Assembly (NCBI GenBank): GCA_965204375.1
Contig: OZ241986.1
Location: 352,001 to 416,000 of the forward strand
Origin: Candidatus Latescibacterota bacterium
GTDB taxonomy: Bacteria > Latescibacterota > UBA2968
Direction of reading: 5' to 3'
Length of the DNA: 64,000 nt
Positions 38,355 through 48,808 of this stretch are shown here, in pieces; within the stretch, counting starts at the first letter, position 1; each line of letters starts with the position of its first letter. The notes under the pieces were generated by a model that saw only the letters and a program-made list of their open reading frames with translations, searched no databases and was not told the DNA's origin. The position numbers and the translations under genes were made by a program.

Positions 38355-38688
38355 GATGTGGTTTCGTGTTATTTAAAACCTTTACTGATAAGATCATCAT
38401 AACTAACAGGTTCTTGGATAGCCTCAGCGAACTCTCTTGCTTCGTTATGAGAAGGAAATTTCTTAACTAAATAACCACGACCACTAAAACAATCAACTTC
38501 TACTATATGATCGTCTGGTGGATCTTTAAATCCATATATTGTAATTTTACATTTGTCGGCATCTGAAGCATCCCCATTAGGCCAATCATCTTTTATCGGT
38601 AAGGGAGGAGAAGGGTGACAGTAACTAAATCTCCGAGCTTGTGCTCTTTTCCGATTAACTTCCGAATCAAAAAATCTTGCTTTTCTAA

Positions 38689-40399
38689 CCTGAAAAATTC
38701 ATAAAAAAGGTAGTTTCCTTATTCAAGTTATTGTATTATTATAGGTTATGGCAATAACCATTGAACAATAAACTTGGAGGAAACTACCGTGGGTTCCCAA
38801 GATAATCATCACAAGGTTCCTTTGGCAAGCATTTTCGGCAAACGTGTCAATATCGCCTTTGATGGGGGCATCCTCACCAGTGATAGCGGCGCCTTATTGC
38901 TTCGAGAGGTGGAGGCCAGATCAGGTCTATTAGCACGCATCGGTGATGCCATCACGGATCGCCGGCATAAAAGTTATGTGGCTCATCGTGTGGCAGAGTT
39001 GATTAAACAGCGCGTGTTCCAGATTGCCTGCGGGTATGAAGATGCCAATGATTGCAATGCCTTACGCAGTGATCCCGGCATCAAGGCTGCCTGTGGTGTC
39101 TTGCCCCTTTCAGGTGCCGACTTAGCCAGTCAACCGACGATGAGTCGTTTTGAGAACCAGATCAGGCGAAGCGAGTTGTATCGCATTGCCTGTGCCTTCC
39201 TCGATTGTTTTATCGCCTCTTATGCCCAGCCCCCTGCTGCGATTATCTTAGATATCGATGATACACAGGATACAGTTTATGGGACACAGCAGTTGTCCCT
39301 ATTCAATGGGTATTTGGGTGCCTATTGCTATCAGCCCTTGCACATTTATGAAGGACAAACCGGCAAGTTGATCACCACAGTTTTGCGTCCCGGTGTGCGA
39401 CCAACAGGCCAACAGATTGTCGCCATACTCAAGCGTTTGGTGGCCTATCTGCGTCAGGCTTGGCCTGATGTGGCGATCATCTTGCGGGGTGATGCCCACT
39501 TTTCTTGTCCACAAGTCCATCAGTTGTGTGCCGATAGTGACCTGTATTTTATCCTTGGACAGACCAGCAATGCGAAGTTGAGACAGTTGGCAAAGCCCCT
39601 GATTGAGCAGGCGAAAAGGCTTTATGCACATACAAAGAAGCCTGTGCGTCTTTTTACCTCGTTTTGCTATCAAGCAAAGAGTTGGAACAAGGCACAACGC
39701 ATCGTATGCAAGGTAGAAATCAGTGACCGAGGCCAAAACACCCGCTTTGTCGTGACCAACCTTGAAAGTTCACAAGCCTCCTTTATCTACCAAAGCGTGT
39801 ATTGTGCGCGCGGACAGATGGAAAACTTCATTAAAAATCACAAAACCTTTCTCCACTCTGACCGCACATCCTGTCACAGCTTTACTGCCAATCAGTTCCG
39901 TCTCTTCCTCCATTCGGCTGCCTATGTCCTGATACAGACATTGGCGCAAATCGGATTGAAAGGCACAACGTGGACAAACGCGCAGGTCAATACCATACAA
40001 AATCGCTTTCTCAAAGTCGCCGGACGCATCTGTGAATTGAAAACGAAGATTACGTTCCATTTGCCTGCGTCCTTTCCAGTGCAACATCTGTATCATAAAA
40101 TCCTACACAATCTGGCAAAGGCTTTCCCCTAACGCAAAATACGGGGGAGGGGAGGCAGACACCATCACTTGCTGACTGGACACGACACATACACCGCCTT
40201 GTGCAAAGACGCGGCAGGCAAGGGGCGTGTCTGTCCTTTTTGCCAACCACAGGCACGCACACCCGATGAAATGGACCAAACAGACCCCTGTAAAGACCCA
40301 ATCGAGTCCGACAAGAACAGAAAAACAATGAACGAGAGCTTGGAACACCGAAATGATTACATAATTATCCTATTCTTCAACTTTCATGAATTAGTCGGG
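38689..40399 (+). mobile_element. IS1380-family insertion sequence (1711 bp)
   Basis: IRL CCTGAAAAATTCATAAAA, IRR (reverse complement) CCCGACTAATTCATGAAA, and a 4-bp target duplication CTAA at 38685-38688 and 40400-40403. Confidence 0.93.
38789..40132 (+). CDS. IS1380-family DDE transposase
   Basis: FDGG.LTSDSG, GYEDAND...LR.DP, LASQPTMSRFEN, LDIDDT, LRGDAHF and YCARGQMENFIK motifs; GTG start after GGAGG. Confidence 0.95.
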   Translation: MGSQDNHHKVPLASIFGKRVNIAFDGGILTSDSGALLLREVEARSGLLARIGDAITDRRHKSYVAHRVAELIKQRVFQIACGYEDANDCNALRSDPGIKAACGVLPLSGADLASQPTMSRFENQIRRSELYRIACAFLDCFIASYAQPPAAIILDIDDTQDTVYGTQQLSLFNGYLGAYCYQPLHIYEGQTGKLITTVLRPGVRPTGQQIVAILKRLVAYLRQAWPDVAIILRGDAHFSCPQVHQLCADSDLYFILGQTSNAKLRQLAKPLIEQAKRLYAHTKKPVRLFTSFCYQAKSWNKAQRIVCKVEISDRGQNTRFVVTNLESSQASFIYQSVYCARGQMENFIKNHKTFLHSDRTSCHSFTANQFRLFLHSAAYVLIQTLAQIGLKGTTWTNAQVNTIQNRFLKVAGRICELKTKITFHLPASFPVQHLYHKILHNLAKAFP

Positions 40400-40556
40400 C
40401 TAAATCTATTATCAACGCGTCGTCCAATACGAGAATAAGAACTTCTTCTAGCCACGAGAGAACCCCCTTTTCAAATTTTATGTCGTCAATCAATCTGCAC
40501 ATTTTCACGGTTGAATCTGCTGTCTCCAATTTACATTGGAGCCTCTAATATTTCAA

Positions 40557-41465
40557 CTAAGATGGGCATAATACCCTCGTGCGGAATAGGGGGCGAAGTT
40601 TTGCGAGGATGGCGTCGAGTTCTCGGTGGTCGTCGTCGTCCATTTTTGTGCTGCCGGGCGCGCGCATGCCGCTCGTTTTGAAGATGCCTCGGCGAATGAG
40701 TACTTCTTTGACCAGGCGGAGACCGAGGATTTGGATCAGGTTGGTGAGTGGCAGGAGTTGATCGAAAAGATCGCGTGCCCTGTCTTCATCGCCTGATTGA
40801 AAGGCATCCCAGATATCAACGTGAATATCGACAACCGGGGCACCGGGCATAAAGCCACTGGCACCTCGTCGCATTTCTGATATCATCCAGCGGCACCACG
40901 CTCCACCAAAAACGCCCTGACAGTGATCACCTGCTTCGGCGACAATGGCGCTGATGTGATGTGCGCTGGGATTGGCCTCTTCTTTGACGTAGATGAGATG
41001 CTCGACTTCGGTGAGCAGGCGAACGAGTGCGGGAGGTTGCATGCCTGCACCTGCGTTCTGGATAAAAATGGGCACTTGTCCCGCGCTGGAAATGGCCTCG
41101 AAGTAGCGAAGATTTTCATCTGGTCCTCCGCTACCCATATAGGGGGGCATGGCGATGACAGCATCGGCTCCTATGCGTCCGGCATGGGCGGCGTGTTCTG
41201 TGGCCGTGGAGATATTGGTGCCGGCCACACCGACGATGACGGGGATGCGTTTATCGGTTTTTTTGACGACGATTTCGACGAGGGTTTGCCGCTCGCGGTC
41301 AGAGAGATATTGAAATTCACCTCCGAGCACGGGAAAGACCAGGCCGCCTGCTCCGGCGGCGATGCAGAAGTCGATTTGCCGTTCAAGGCTTTCGATGTCG
41401 AAGTCGCCGGATTCGGCAACGGGTGTTTGTAATACGGGCAAGATTCCGCGGATGGGGTCGCTCAA
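40557..41465 (-). CDS. DapA/NAL-family aldolase/dehydratase (third, divergent paralog)
   Basis: GILPVLQTP, VLGGEF, IPVIVGV and YVKEE motifs. Confidence 0.88.
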   Translation of the reverse strand: MSDPIRGILPVLQTPVAESGDFDIESLERQIDFCIAAGAGGLVFPVLGGEFQYLSDRERQTLVEIVVKKTDKRIPVIVGVAGTNISTATEHAAHAGRIGADAVIAMPPYMGSGGPDENLRYFEAISSAGQVPIFIQNAGAGMQPPALVRLLTEVEHLIYVKEEANPSAHHISAIVAEAGDHCQGVFGGAWCRWMISEMRRGASGFMPGAPVVDIHVDIWDAFQSGDEDRARDLFDQLLPLTNLIQILGLRLVKEVLIRRGIFKTSGMRAPGSTKMDDDDHRELDAILAKLRPLFRTRVLCPS

Positions 41466-41495
41466 GGTGGTCTCCTGTGTTAGGACTGCTGACTG

Positions 41496-44165
41496 CTAAT
41501 AATCGTACGATAGCGAAATATTCCAGCGACGTGATAGGCCGAGGAATACGCGGGCGCTTGCTGCGTCGTGATTGTTGCCATCATCTGCATCGGACACGTA
41601 GCGTTCGTCGAGCAAATTGAAGACGTGCAGTTGGAGTTTTACTTTGCCATTTCCAAATGTATTGCCGGGCAGGGTGTAGCCCGCATGCAGATTTATCAGG
41701 TTGTAATTTGGAAGTTGCCAGGATTGTTCTCGGTCGCTGACATCTGTTCGGTTGGCGGGATCAAATTTGGCGTAGTGATCCATAAATCGCCGCAGGTTCA
41801 GCGAGGCGTAGAGGCCGCGTGCGGGAAATATTGTACCGCTCAGCGCAAGGGTTTTTTGCGCCGAATCGCCCACTTTTAGCCCTTTGGCATAGACTTGAAA
41901 GTTGCCGATAACCGATGGGTCTTCTTCAGGGGAAAATGTGACATTGGCATCGTTGAGCCATTCCCAGTTGCCAAGTGATAACATGCCGCGCACTTCCAGC
42001 ATGGAATGGGGACGGGCTTTCAGGTCAAACTCTATACCTGTATGCCGCGCGTCAATGCCGTTTAGCAAAAATCGGAAGCTCTGGTCGAGCTTTGCGCTGT
42101 AAATGCTCTTGGGCCATGAGCGGTCTATCCATCTGGTGTAATAGAAATTTGTGTTTGCTGTCACTACGCCGCGTTTGAAATAACCGGCACCCAACTCAAA
42201 GGCGGCGACTTTTTCATTGAATGTGGGGTCGTAGAGGCTGTTGTCGTAGTGATAAACGGAGTCGAATTTGGGGGCTGTTGAAAGCCAGCCTATGTTGGCA
42301 TATATATTGATTGCGGGGGTTGCATTGTAGTTGCCGCCCACTTTTGCGGTGTAGCCTTTGAAGTTTTCCCAATCTGTCTGATCCCATTCGCCATTGACCT
42401 TTGCGCGGAAATAGTCGATGCGTTTATAACCGGTTATGGATCCCGATGTACTCAAAAATGCCGTAAAGTCGTTAAACCGGCCTTCGAGTTGTGCAAAACC
42501 ACCACCCCAGCGCGTAAGGCCGTCGTTGTGGTAGGAGACTTTGTCTCCGAGTCGCTTGACGGAGGTCGTGGCGTTGTTGTCCCAGGGGAAGACGTAATAA
42601 TCGGCACCGAGCAGATTGCGTACTTCGCGCCAATGCTGCCCTCTGTAATAGCGCAAATCTATGCCAAAGGCCAGCGTGTAGATTTCGCTCAAATGGTATT
42701 CGGCCGTGCTCAAATAACCATACCAGAAGTGTTGGTTGACCGAGTTTCGGATGACGGTTCTTGCCGCAATTTCATTGGCACCTACTTCGCCTGCGCCTAC
42801 CAGGTCGGGATGGGATTCCGACGCTGTTTGGGTGTTCAATTCATCGGCAACGCGTTGCCAGTTGATGCTGCCATCGGGTAGCGAGCGCGGGTTGGTACCC
42901 AAACGCCCTGTGCCGCCGCCTTTGCCGCGCGAAAAATAAAATACATTGGACAAGATGAATTGCTCGTTGGGTGTCCAGTACCAGTTCAAATTGATCTGGG
43001 GTTTGTGGTAAAAATTCTCGCGTTCCATAATGATTTCGCTGTCGCGCGCGTCGTGTATCTGGCCGTTGTAGTACTCCTGATAGGATGAGAATGGGGAGCG
43101 TCCCCAGTTGGGGTTGTAATCGATGCCGTAGTTTATAGCCTCCGTGACATCAATGCCCAGAGATCGGGCGTAATCGGCATCAAAGGTTGCGATGGATTGC
43201 TTGTAGAGGCGATGTCCGTGGCGTTGCGGTGCGCCTACGACAAACAGGTCAATTTTGTGTGTCTCAGAAGCGAAATAGCTCAGTGCGCCAAAATAGGACC
43301 ACGCCGATGTCCATGCTTGATCGGGCAGGCCGTCGCCGATTTTGCGGGTGAGACCCAGAGTGAAAGCGGTTTTGTCGTTTATTAAACCCGATGAAAAATT
43401 GACTGTGGTTTTGTAAAAGGCATTGTTCCCTGCCTCCTGTTTGATTTTGAACCCGCGCTGTTGACGGGCGATGTCGGTGACAATGTTCATGGTGCCACCC
43501 ACTGAGGCTATTGCCAGATTTGAGGCACCCAATCCGCGCTGTACCTGGATAGATGATGTGACATCGCTCAGGCCATCCCAGTTGGACCAATAGACCCAGC
43601 CGTTTTCCATATCGTTGACTGGCACGCCATTGACCATGACGGCGACGTTGCGCTGGTCAAATCCCCTCACATTGATGCGAGAATCACCAGGGCCTCCACC
43701 TTGCTCGGTTGCGTAAACGCCCGGTGTATCATTCAAAATCATCGGGAGATCACGCGAGCCGAGCTTGCGCTGCATATCGGCTTTTGGAACGTCTGAGAAG
43801 GCAACGGGCGTTTCGCGCAATTTGGCGCGGTCGGCAACGATGGTGACTTCTTTGCCTCGAAATGCCTCGGGTATGAGTTCTACAATTAACTCAGCAGCAT
43901 CCGCTTTTACAATGATAGAACTGCGATACTCTTTGTATCCTACAAAACTTATGACGAGTGTATAGTTGCCTTCGCCGATTCTGGTGATCTCAAATTGTCC
44001 ATCGAGATCTGTAGCAGTTCCTCGCCCAACATCTTCTAAATACACGTTTGCGCCCGGCAGAGCTTCTCCGGTCTCTGCATCGCGTACTTTGCCTTTTAAC
44101 TCGGCGGCAGACAGGGTGGAGTGGGCCAGGAACAACAAGGATAACACCATAACAATTTGTTTCAT
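41496..44165 (-). CDS. TonB-dependent receptor with N-terminal carboxypeptidase-regulatory-like domain
   Basis: GKVRDAETGEALPGANV, plug RINVRGFDQRNVAVMVNGVPVNDMENG.VYWSNW, IQVQRGLGAS, FNLLDE.Y and a terminal aromatic residue. Confidence 0.93.
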   Translation of the reverse strand: MKQIVMVLSLLFLAHSTLSAAELKGKVRDAETGEALPGANVYLEDVGRGTATDLDGQFEITRIGEGNYTLVISFVGYKEYRSSIIVKADAAELIVELIPEAFRGKEVTIVADRAKLRETPVAFSDVPKADMQRKLGSRDLPMILNDTPGVYATEQGGGPGDSRINVRGFDQRNVAVMVNGVPVNDMENGWVYWSNWDGLSDVTSSIQVQRGLGASNLAIASVGGTMNIVTDIARQQRGFKIKQEAGNNAFYKTTVNFSSGLINDKTAFTLGLTRKIGDGLPDQAWTSAWSYFGALSYFASETHKIDLFVVGAPQRHGHRLYKQSIATFDADYARSLGIDVTEAINYGIDYNPNWGRSPFSSYQEYYNGQIHDARDSEIIMERENFYHKPQINLNWYWTPNEQFILSNVFYFSRGKGGGTGRLGTNPRSLPDGSINWQRVADELNTQTASESHPDLVGAGEVGANEIAARTVIRNSVNQHFWYGYLSTAEYHLSEIYTLAFGIDLRYYRGQHWREVRNLLGADYYVFPWDNNATTSVKRLGDKVSYHNDGLTRWGGGFAQLEGRFNDFTAFLSTSGSITGYKRIDYFRAKVNGEWDQTDWENFKGYTAKVGGNYNATPAINIYANIGWLSTAPKFDSVYHYDNSLYDPTFNEKVAAFELGAGYFKRGVVTANTNFYYTRWIDRSWPKSIYSAKLDQSFRFLLNGIDARHTGIEFDLKARPHSMLEVRGMLSLGNWEWLNDANVTFSPEEDPSVIGNFQVYAKGLKVGDSAQKTLALSGTIFPARGLYASLNLRRFMDHYAKFDPANRTDVSDREQSWQLPNYNLINLHAGYTLPGNTFGNGKVKLQLHVFNLLDERYVSDADDGNNHDAASARVFLGLSRRWNISLSYDY

Positions 44166-44215
44166 AGAAACCCCCTTGATAGTAGAAATTGGGGTATGTA
44201 TTGGATCATATATAC

Positions 44216-45115
44216 TTAGAGTTCGCGATCTGGTACTTTCCAGTTGGCGTACCAGACAGAGTCTTCCGGGAGCGTGGCGTCGTCCGACCAGGCTGTTTGC
44301 ATGGTGCGGAAGTTGGGCAGTTCGGGGCGGATAACGGTTTCCCAGATGTGTTCGACCTGGTCAAAGGTGCGTAGTTTTTGTGTGGGTTTTTCCGATTCAT
44401 ACGCGGCGAGTAATTCCCTGACTTTGTTGCCGAGCCACTCGGTTTCATCATTGACCATGCGTTCGCCAATTTGGCGATTGGATTCGCGGACGTTTTTGCC
44501 CATGGCAAAGTGCGGACCGGGTTCGCTTTCGGGTGGTAAACGGGAGATATCGACACAGTCGGGTTCAATGGCCCAAAGAAGAGAGGTTTCGACTTTTCCC
44601 GCATGGTCGCCACCGCTGTTGTTGTCATTGTCAAAGCCGGGTTGGTTGGCTTCAAAGTCTGGCAGGCTATACAGGCGTGTGCCCACATGGGGTTGGATGA
44701 GTTCGCACAGGGTTTTCAGGTCTTGCCAGTTGGGGCCGTAGTGCCCGGTGAGGAAGATGGCCGCGTGAAAGCCGAGGGCGTCGGCCTGGCGGATGTGATA
44801 GCAGATGTTTTTGAAGTGTTGCCAGGGCGGCATACAGGTTAGCCAGGAGCGTTCGGGTTGGCCGACTGAGCGTTCTGACCAGAGGGCATAGCCCCCAATT
44901 TCGTGGATATGCCAGTAGTCGGGCGGGGCGACAATGCCGCCGTGTTTGTGTGCGGTGTGAACGGCAATGCCGTGGGCTTTGAGGGCATCGAGTCCCACAG
45001 CATTTTGCGGGCCGTGCGGTTCGCACAGGCCATAGGGGAAATAGACGACTGGACAGGCTTTGAATGCGGCTTCGAGTTCATCGGGGAACATGCGCTCCCA
45101 GCGTACGTCTCTCAC
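44216..45115 (-). CDS. Creatininase (creatinine amidohydrolase) family protein
   Basis: EPHG....G.D, TGHYG and DHAGKVETS motifs. Confidence 0.85.
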   Translation of the reverse strand: MRDVRWERMFPDELEAAFKACPVVYFPYGLCEPHGPQNAVGLDALKAHGIAVHTAHKHGGIVAPPDYWHIHEIGGYALWSERSVGQPERSWLTCMPPWQHFKNICYHIRQADALGFHAAIFLTGHYGPNWQDLKTLCELIQPHVGTRLYSLPDFEANQPGFDNDNNSGGDHAGKVETSLLWAIEPDCVDISRLPPESEPGPHFAMGKNVRESNRQIGERMVNDETEWLGNKVRELLAAYESEKPTQKLRTFDQVEHIWETVIRPELPNFRTMQTAWSDDATLPEDSVWYANWKVPDREL

Positions 45116-45158
45116 GGCGGAGTACTCCTTTTAAAAGTTGGTTTATTGCAAAATTAAG

Positions 45159-47522
45159 CTACGATTCCAAATCGTGGTGCAGTTTTAGTTGGGCGATAAA
45201 TTCTGGTGTGAGTGTGGTTCCCGAGTTTTTGAGATGGTTTATGACATCGTTGCCGAGTGTTGTGTTGAGATGGTAGTGCTGTACAGATTCGTTGATTTTG
45301 ATGAAGCCCAGGCGGTTCATCAGGTCCGGGTTCATTGTGCCGTTGACGATGGGGGCGTGAAGGGTGCAGTTGGTGAAGCGCGTGCCCAACGTGCTTTGCA
45401 GAATGTAAAATTGTTCTGGTACTTTTTTTACGTCGGGTTGGAGACGGCACTCGGTAAATACGAGTTCGCCCCGCAAATTGGGTGCGGTTATGGTGTTCAG
45501 GCTGCACCGTTCAAAAGTCGCACTGGCAATGCAGTTGCCCAGGTATGCGCTAATATTTTCACAATCGGTAAATCGCATTTTGGGATAGAGGGCGAGTGCA
45601 TCGGCATAGTCAACCGTTGATTCTCCGCCGATCAGGATGTGTACCTGTTCGTCATCGTCGGCAATTTCCTGAGTGAATTTTTCGAGTTGGACATTGTCGC
45701 AGATGAGGGTGCTGTTGGCGTGGAGTTGCGTGCCATCATAACCGCCATTACCGCGCAGGTCGTAGTGGTTTGGATCGGGTATGCGGATGAGGCGAACGCC
45801 CTGTTTTCTGCCTTCGACGGCGATGTTTCGAAATTCAATGCGATGGGGAAAGAAGAGGCGGGCATTGTTTTTGGTTTTGGAAAAGGGGACGGTGTCCATT
45901 AGCCAGCACGATGCATTCGATTTGGATGCAGCACTATAATCGATGAGCAGGTCTTCGATTGTGACAGTGCGTGCAAAGCCGATGGGATACTGGTAATCGA
46001 AATCGGACGGATGATAGGATAGGACAGAAACGCGGCCATTGCCACTTGGCATTAACCGACAGCCGCGAATGCGTATGTGTCCATCCCATTTGGCACCATA
46101 GTCGCGTCTGAAATTGACGAATTGGTTGCCGTGGCGCGTGGTGTTTTCAATCACCAATTCACCGCCACCTGTAAGCGCGATGCCTTTGAAGCCAATGGTG
46201 CAGTTGCTGATGTAGAGGTTCCAGCAGTGAAAATGCACATCGATGCGGTTGAGACGGCAGTTTTCAAAGCGGAAGTTTTTGTTGAGGTTGGTGCCAAAAA
46301 CACCCCAGGCGACCCAGCCACCTTCTGCTGTGATGTTGCGAAAGGTGCAATTGAGCATCCGCGCACCGCCAATGCCATAGGTGCCCGCACCGAGTACTCT
46401 GTCTTTTTCTTTGCGATTTTTCTCCCAGGGCATTGCGCGGATATTTTCCAATGTGACGTCGTAAACACCGCTGAATACGTAAAAGCCGCGACGGGGGTGC
46501 ATGGAGATATCTCGTTTCCCTTTTTCCAGGCCCATCCATTGTTCACGGATGATGGTTCGGCTGCGTTTTATGGAGATGCCGTGGTGGTGATACCGCCAGG
46601 AACTACCGCTTCCGCTGTCGCCAGAAAAATAAAATCCGCCGCCTTCGACGATGAGGTAATTGTCGTTGCAGGGTATGGCGGTGATGTCGGTGAAGTTTTG
46701 GAATTCCCAGGCTATATCGCCAATGATGCGGCCCTCTTCTTCAATATAGAATAGTTCTTCGCGCCCCCATCCCGCCTTTGAATAATTACCTGCCCGAATG
46801 CCAATGCGGTCATCGTCATCTTCAGCGATGATAAGATGGCCTGCATATTGTGCCAGTTCGGGAATGAGTTGCACGCCGGGTTTTAATTTTTCCAATAGAG
46901 CCGCTTTGATGGTTTCGTCTCGCGTGAGTTTTTTTGATGGGTGATCGTTGAGAATTTCAAATCGCGGCTCCCTTTGGCTGTTGTACTGTTCATCGATGTG
47001 AAAAATTGTTTGTCCCCATGAGACGTTGGTTTTGATGGGTATGTCATTGGTTTGCAAGATCCAATATTCGCCGCTTAAATTCACAATTGGGACTTTGCGC
47101 GCATTGGCGTATTTATGTGCCAGGGTGATTTGAACGCCGTCGTCGTTTTTACCGTCGCCAATCGCGCCAAACATTTTGTAGTTCACGGCTTTGTTTTCGT
47201 GCAAGATGGCGACTGTGCCATTGTCCAATGCGATGATGTCGGCATCATTTGGCTGGCTATTTGCATCTGTTTTTTCGATGTGATACAGGGCTGCGCCGCC
47301 GTCGCCGGGAACGTAAAAGCCCGCGGTTTCTACCCAGTCGCCTTCGCGGATTTCGGACGCGGATTTCATAGCTTGAACGGTGGCGTAGCGCGTTATGGTT
47401 GCACTGTTTGTTGTGTTCACGGCGATCTCCTGAGACAATGCGTGCTGTGTAAGGACAATGCCACTGATACCAATGCCAGCGATTGCTTTGCGTCTGGATA
47501 ATTTATGTGGTTGTTTGGACAT
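45159..47522 (-). CDS. Tat-exported parallel beta-helix (pectate-lyase-3/tailspike-like) protein
   Basis: SRRKAI twin-arginine leader, TAGFYVPGDGGAALY, VNYKMFGAIGDGKNDD and repeated F.NC/I.NC rungs. Confidence 0.7.
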   Translation of the reverse strand: MSKQPHKLSRRKAIAGIGISGIVLTQHALSQEIAVNTTNSATITRYATVQAMKSASEIREGDWVETAGFYVPGDGGAALYHIEKTDANSQPNDADIIALDNGTVAILHENKAVNYKMFGAIGDGKNDDGVQITLAHKYANARKVPIVNLSGEYWILQTNDIPIKTNVSWGQTIFHIDEQYNSQREPRFEILNDHPSKKLTRDETIKAALLEKLKPGVQLIPELAQYAGHLIIAEDDDDRIGIRAGNYSKAGWGREELFYIEEEGRIIGDIAWEFQNFTDITAIPCNDNYLIVEGGGFYFSGDSGSGSSWRYHHHGISIKRSRTIIREQWMGLEKGKRDISMHPRRGFYVFSGVYDVTLENIRAMPWEKNRKEKDRVLGAGTYGIGGARMLNCTFRNITAEGGWVAWGVFGTNLNKNFRFENCRLNRIDVHFHCWNLYISNCTIGFKGIALTGGGELVIENTTRHGNQFVNFRRDYGAKWDGHIRIRGCRLMPSGNGRVSVLSYHPSDFDYQYPIGFARTVTIEDLLIDYSAASKSNASCWLMDTVPFSKTKNNARLFFPHRIEFRNIAVEGRKQGVRLIRIPDPNHYDLRGNGGYDGTQLHANSTLICDNVQLEKFTQEIADDDEQVHILIGGESTVDYADALALYPKMRFTDCENISAYLGNCIASATFERCSLNTITAPNLRGELVFTECRLQPDVKKVPEQFYILQSTLGTRFTNCTLHAPIVNGTMNPDLMNRLGFIKINESVQHYHLNTTLGNDVINHLKNSGTTLTPEFIAQLKLHHDLES

Positions 47523-47543
47523 GATTGTTTCCTAAATGCCAAT

Positions 47544-48590
47544 TTATTGCACTTTTCCACGTCCGGCAACTTTCCATATATGTTCTACATTGCCATTTCG
47601 CACGGCATAGACTTCGTCGTGGAGGTTGGTGGTCATGCCCTGGTGCAGGGGGATGACAGAGAGGCGGTCGCCTACGGTGAAGGTGTGATTGCATTCCGAA
47701 ACATCGACGTGACCGTGTTCGACGGACATGCCGTAGATTTTGGCATGGGGATGTTCAACGATGTACCCATAAGGTGTGGGGGCATAACTGGTGAATGTTT
47801 TTTGCCCACCATCGATGATGACGCGGTCAGGTGTGGGTGTGCTGACGATGGTGACAATCATGCGTTCGGCACAGGTGATGGGGTTGGGCGGGTTGTGTTC
47901 GCGGTTGATGCGGCGCAGACCTTCAAAGACGTAGGATCCAATGCGGGTTTCGGTGCAACTTATGGCTTTGGAAACTTCGGCAGTGCCCGTGCCACCTCCG
48001 CTGATGGTGTTGAGCGCGATGCCCGCGCTTTGGAGCAGGTCGCGCGTTTGGTCGATGAAGGCTTTGGCGCGTTCGTGACTGGGATAGGTCATGATGCCCT
48101 GGAACTGAAGGCCGGGCATGGTTGTCACTTTTCGCGCGAGTTCAAGCGCGGCTTTGGGCGATTGTACGCCGCAGCGATTGCCACCGGTGTCGCATTCGAT
48201 GAGGATGTTGACGGTGACGTCGTTTTCTATTGCGCCATCGGATAGACCACGCGCGGTGATTTCCGAATCGACTGCAACGGTCATAGTGGCGCGTTTACAC
48301 AGTTTGGCGAGGCGTTTGACTTTGATGGGGCCGACGATATTGTAGGGAATGAGGATGTCGGAAATGCCCGCTTCAACCATGGCTTCGGCTTCGCCCACTT
48401 TTTGGCAGACAATACCAATGGCTCCCGCAGCGAGTTGCATTTTGGCGATTTCGGGGATTTTGTGCGTTTTGGTGTGTACGCGCAGGGGAATGTCGCATTC
48501 GTCGCACGCCTCCTGAGTTTCTCGAATATTTTTTTCGAGGATATCGAGGTCGATGGTGAGCGCAGGTGTGTCGAGGTCGTGTATGGTCAT
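47544..48590 (-). CDS. D-threonine aldolase/DSD1-like PLP-dependent enzyme (alanine racemase fold)
   Basis: LDTPAL.ID, RVHTKTHK, CQKVGEAE, RCGV, SGGGT, DGGQK and SVEHG motifs. Confidence 0.9.
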   Translation of the reverse strand: MTIHDLDTPALTIDLDILEKNIRETQEACDECDIPLRVHTKTHKIPEIAKMQLAAGAIGIVCQKVGEAEAMVEAGISDILIPYNIVGPIKVKRLAKLCKRATMTVAVDSEITARGLSDGAIENDVTVNILIECDTGGNRCGVQSPKAALELARKVTTMPGLQFQGIMTYPSHERAKAFIDQTRDLLQSAGIALNTISGGGTGTAEVSKAISCTETRIGSYVFEGLRRINREHNPPNPITCAERMIVTIVSTPTPDRVIIDGGQKTFTSYAPTPYGYIVEHPHAKIYGMSVEHGHVDVSECNHTFTVGDRLSVIPLHQGMTTNLHDEVYAVRNGNVEHIWKVAGRGKVQ

Positions 48591-48808
48591 GGCAATATCT
48601 GTTATTACAAGGTGAAAGATGGTGTTGTGCAGGAATAGGCAATGTACGTTGGTCAGGGAAGGGCGTCAAGCGGTTGTGGCGTGTTGAATCTTGCCAATAG
48701 TGAAAGACGGTCTGCGTTGACAATGTGTAAGGTGTTGTGTTATTTATGTGGTCAGATTTACTGGCGTTGTAATGCTGGGTTGATCGTTAACTTAATCGAG
48801 GAGGCAAA

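Larger units (their letters stand above)
38369..40455 (-). pseudogene. 123-aa hypothetical gene interrupted by IS1380 (segments 40455-40400 and 38684-38369)
   Basis: Removing the IS and one CTAA copy yields an open frame GTG...TAA (MARRSSYSRIGRRVDNRFRKARFFDSEV...LISKGFK*) with an AAGGGGG RBS. Confidence 0.8.

Noticed and set aside
45159-47522. Prophage remnant around the tailspike-like gene
   Set aside because: No integrase, capsid, terminase or other phage genes are present. The gene has a Tat leader and sits among metabolic genes.
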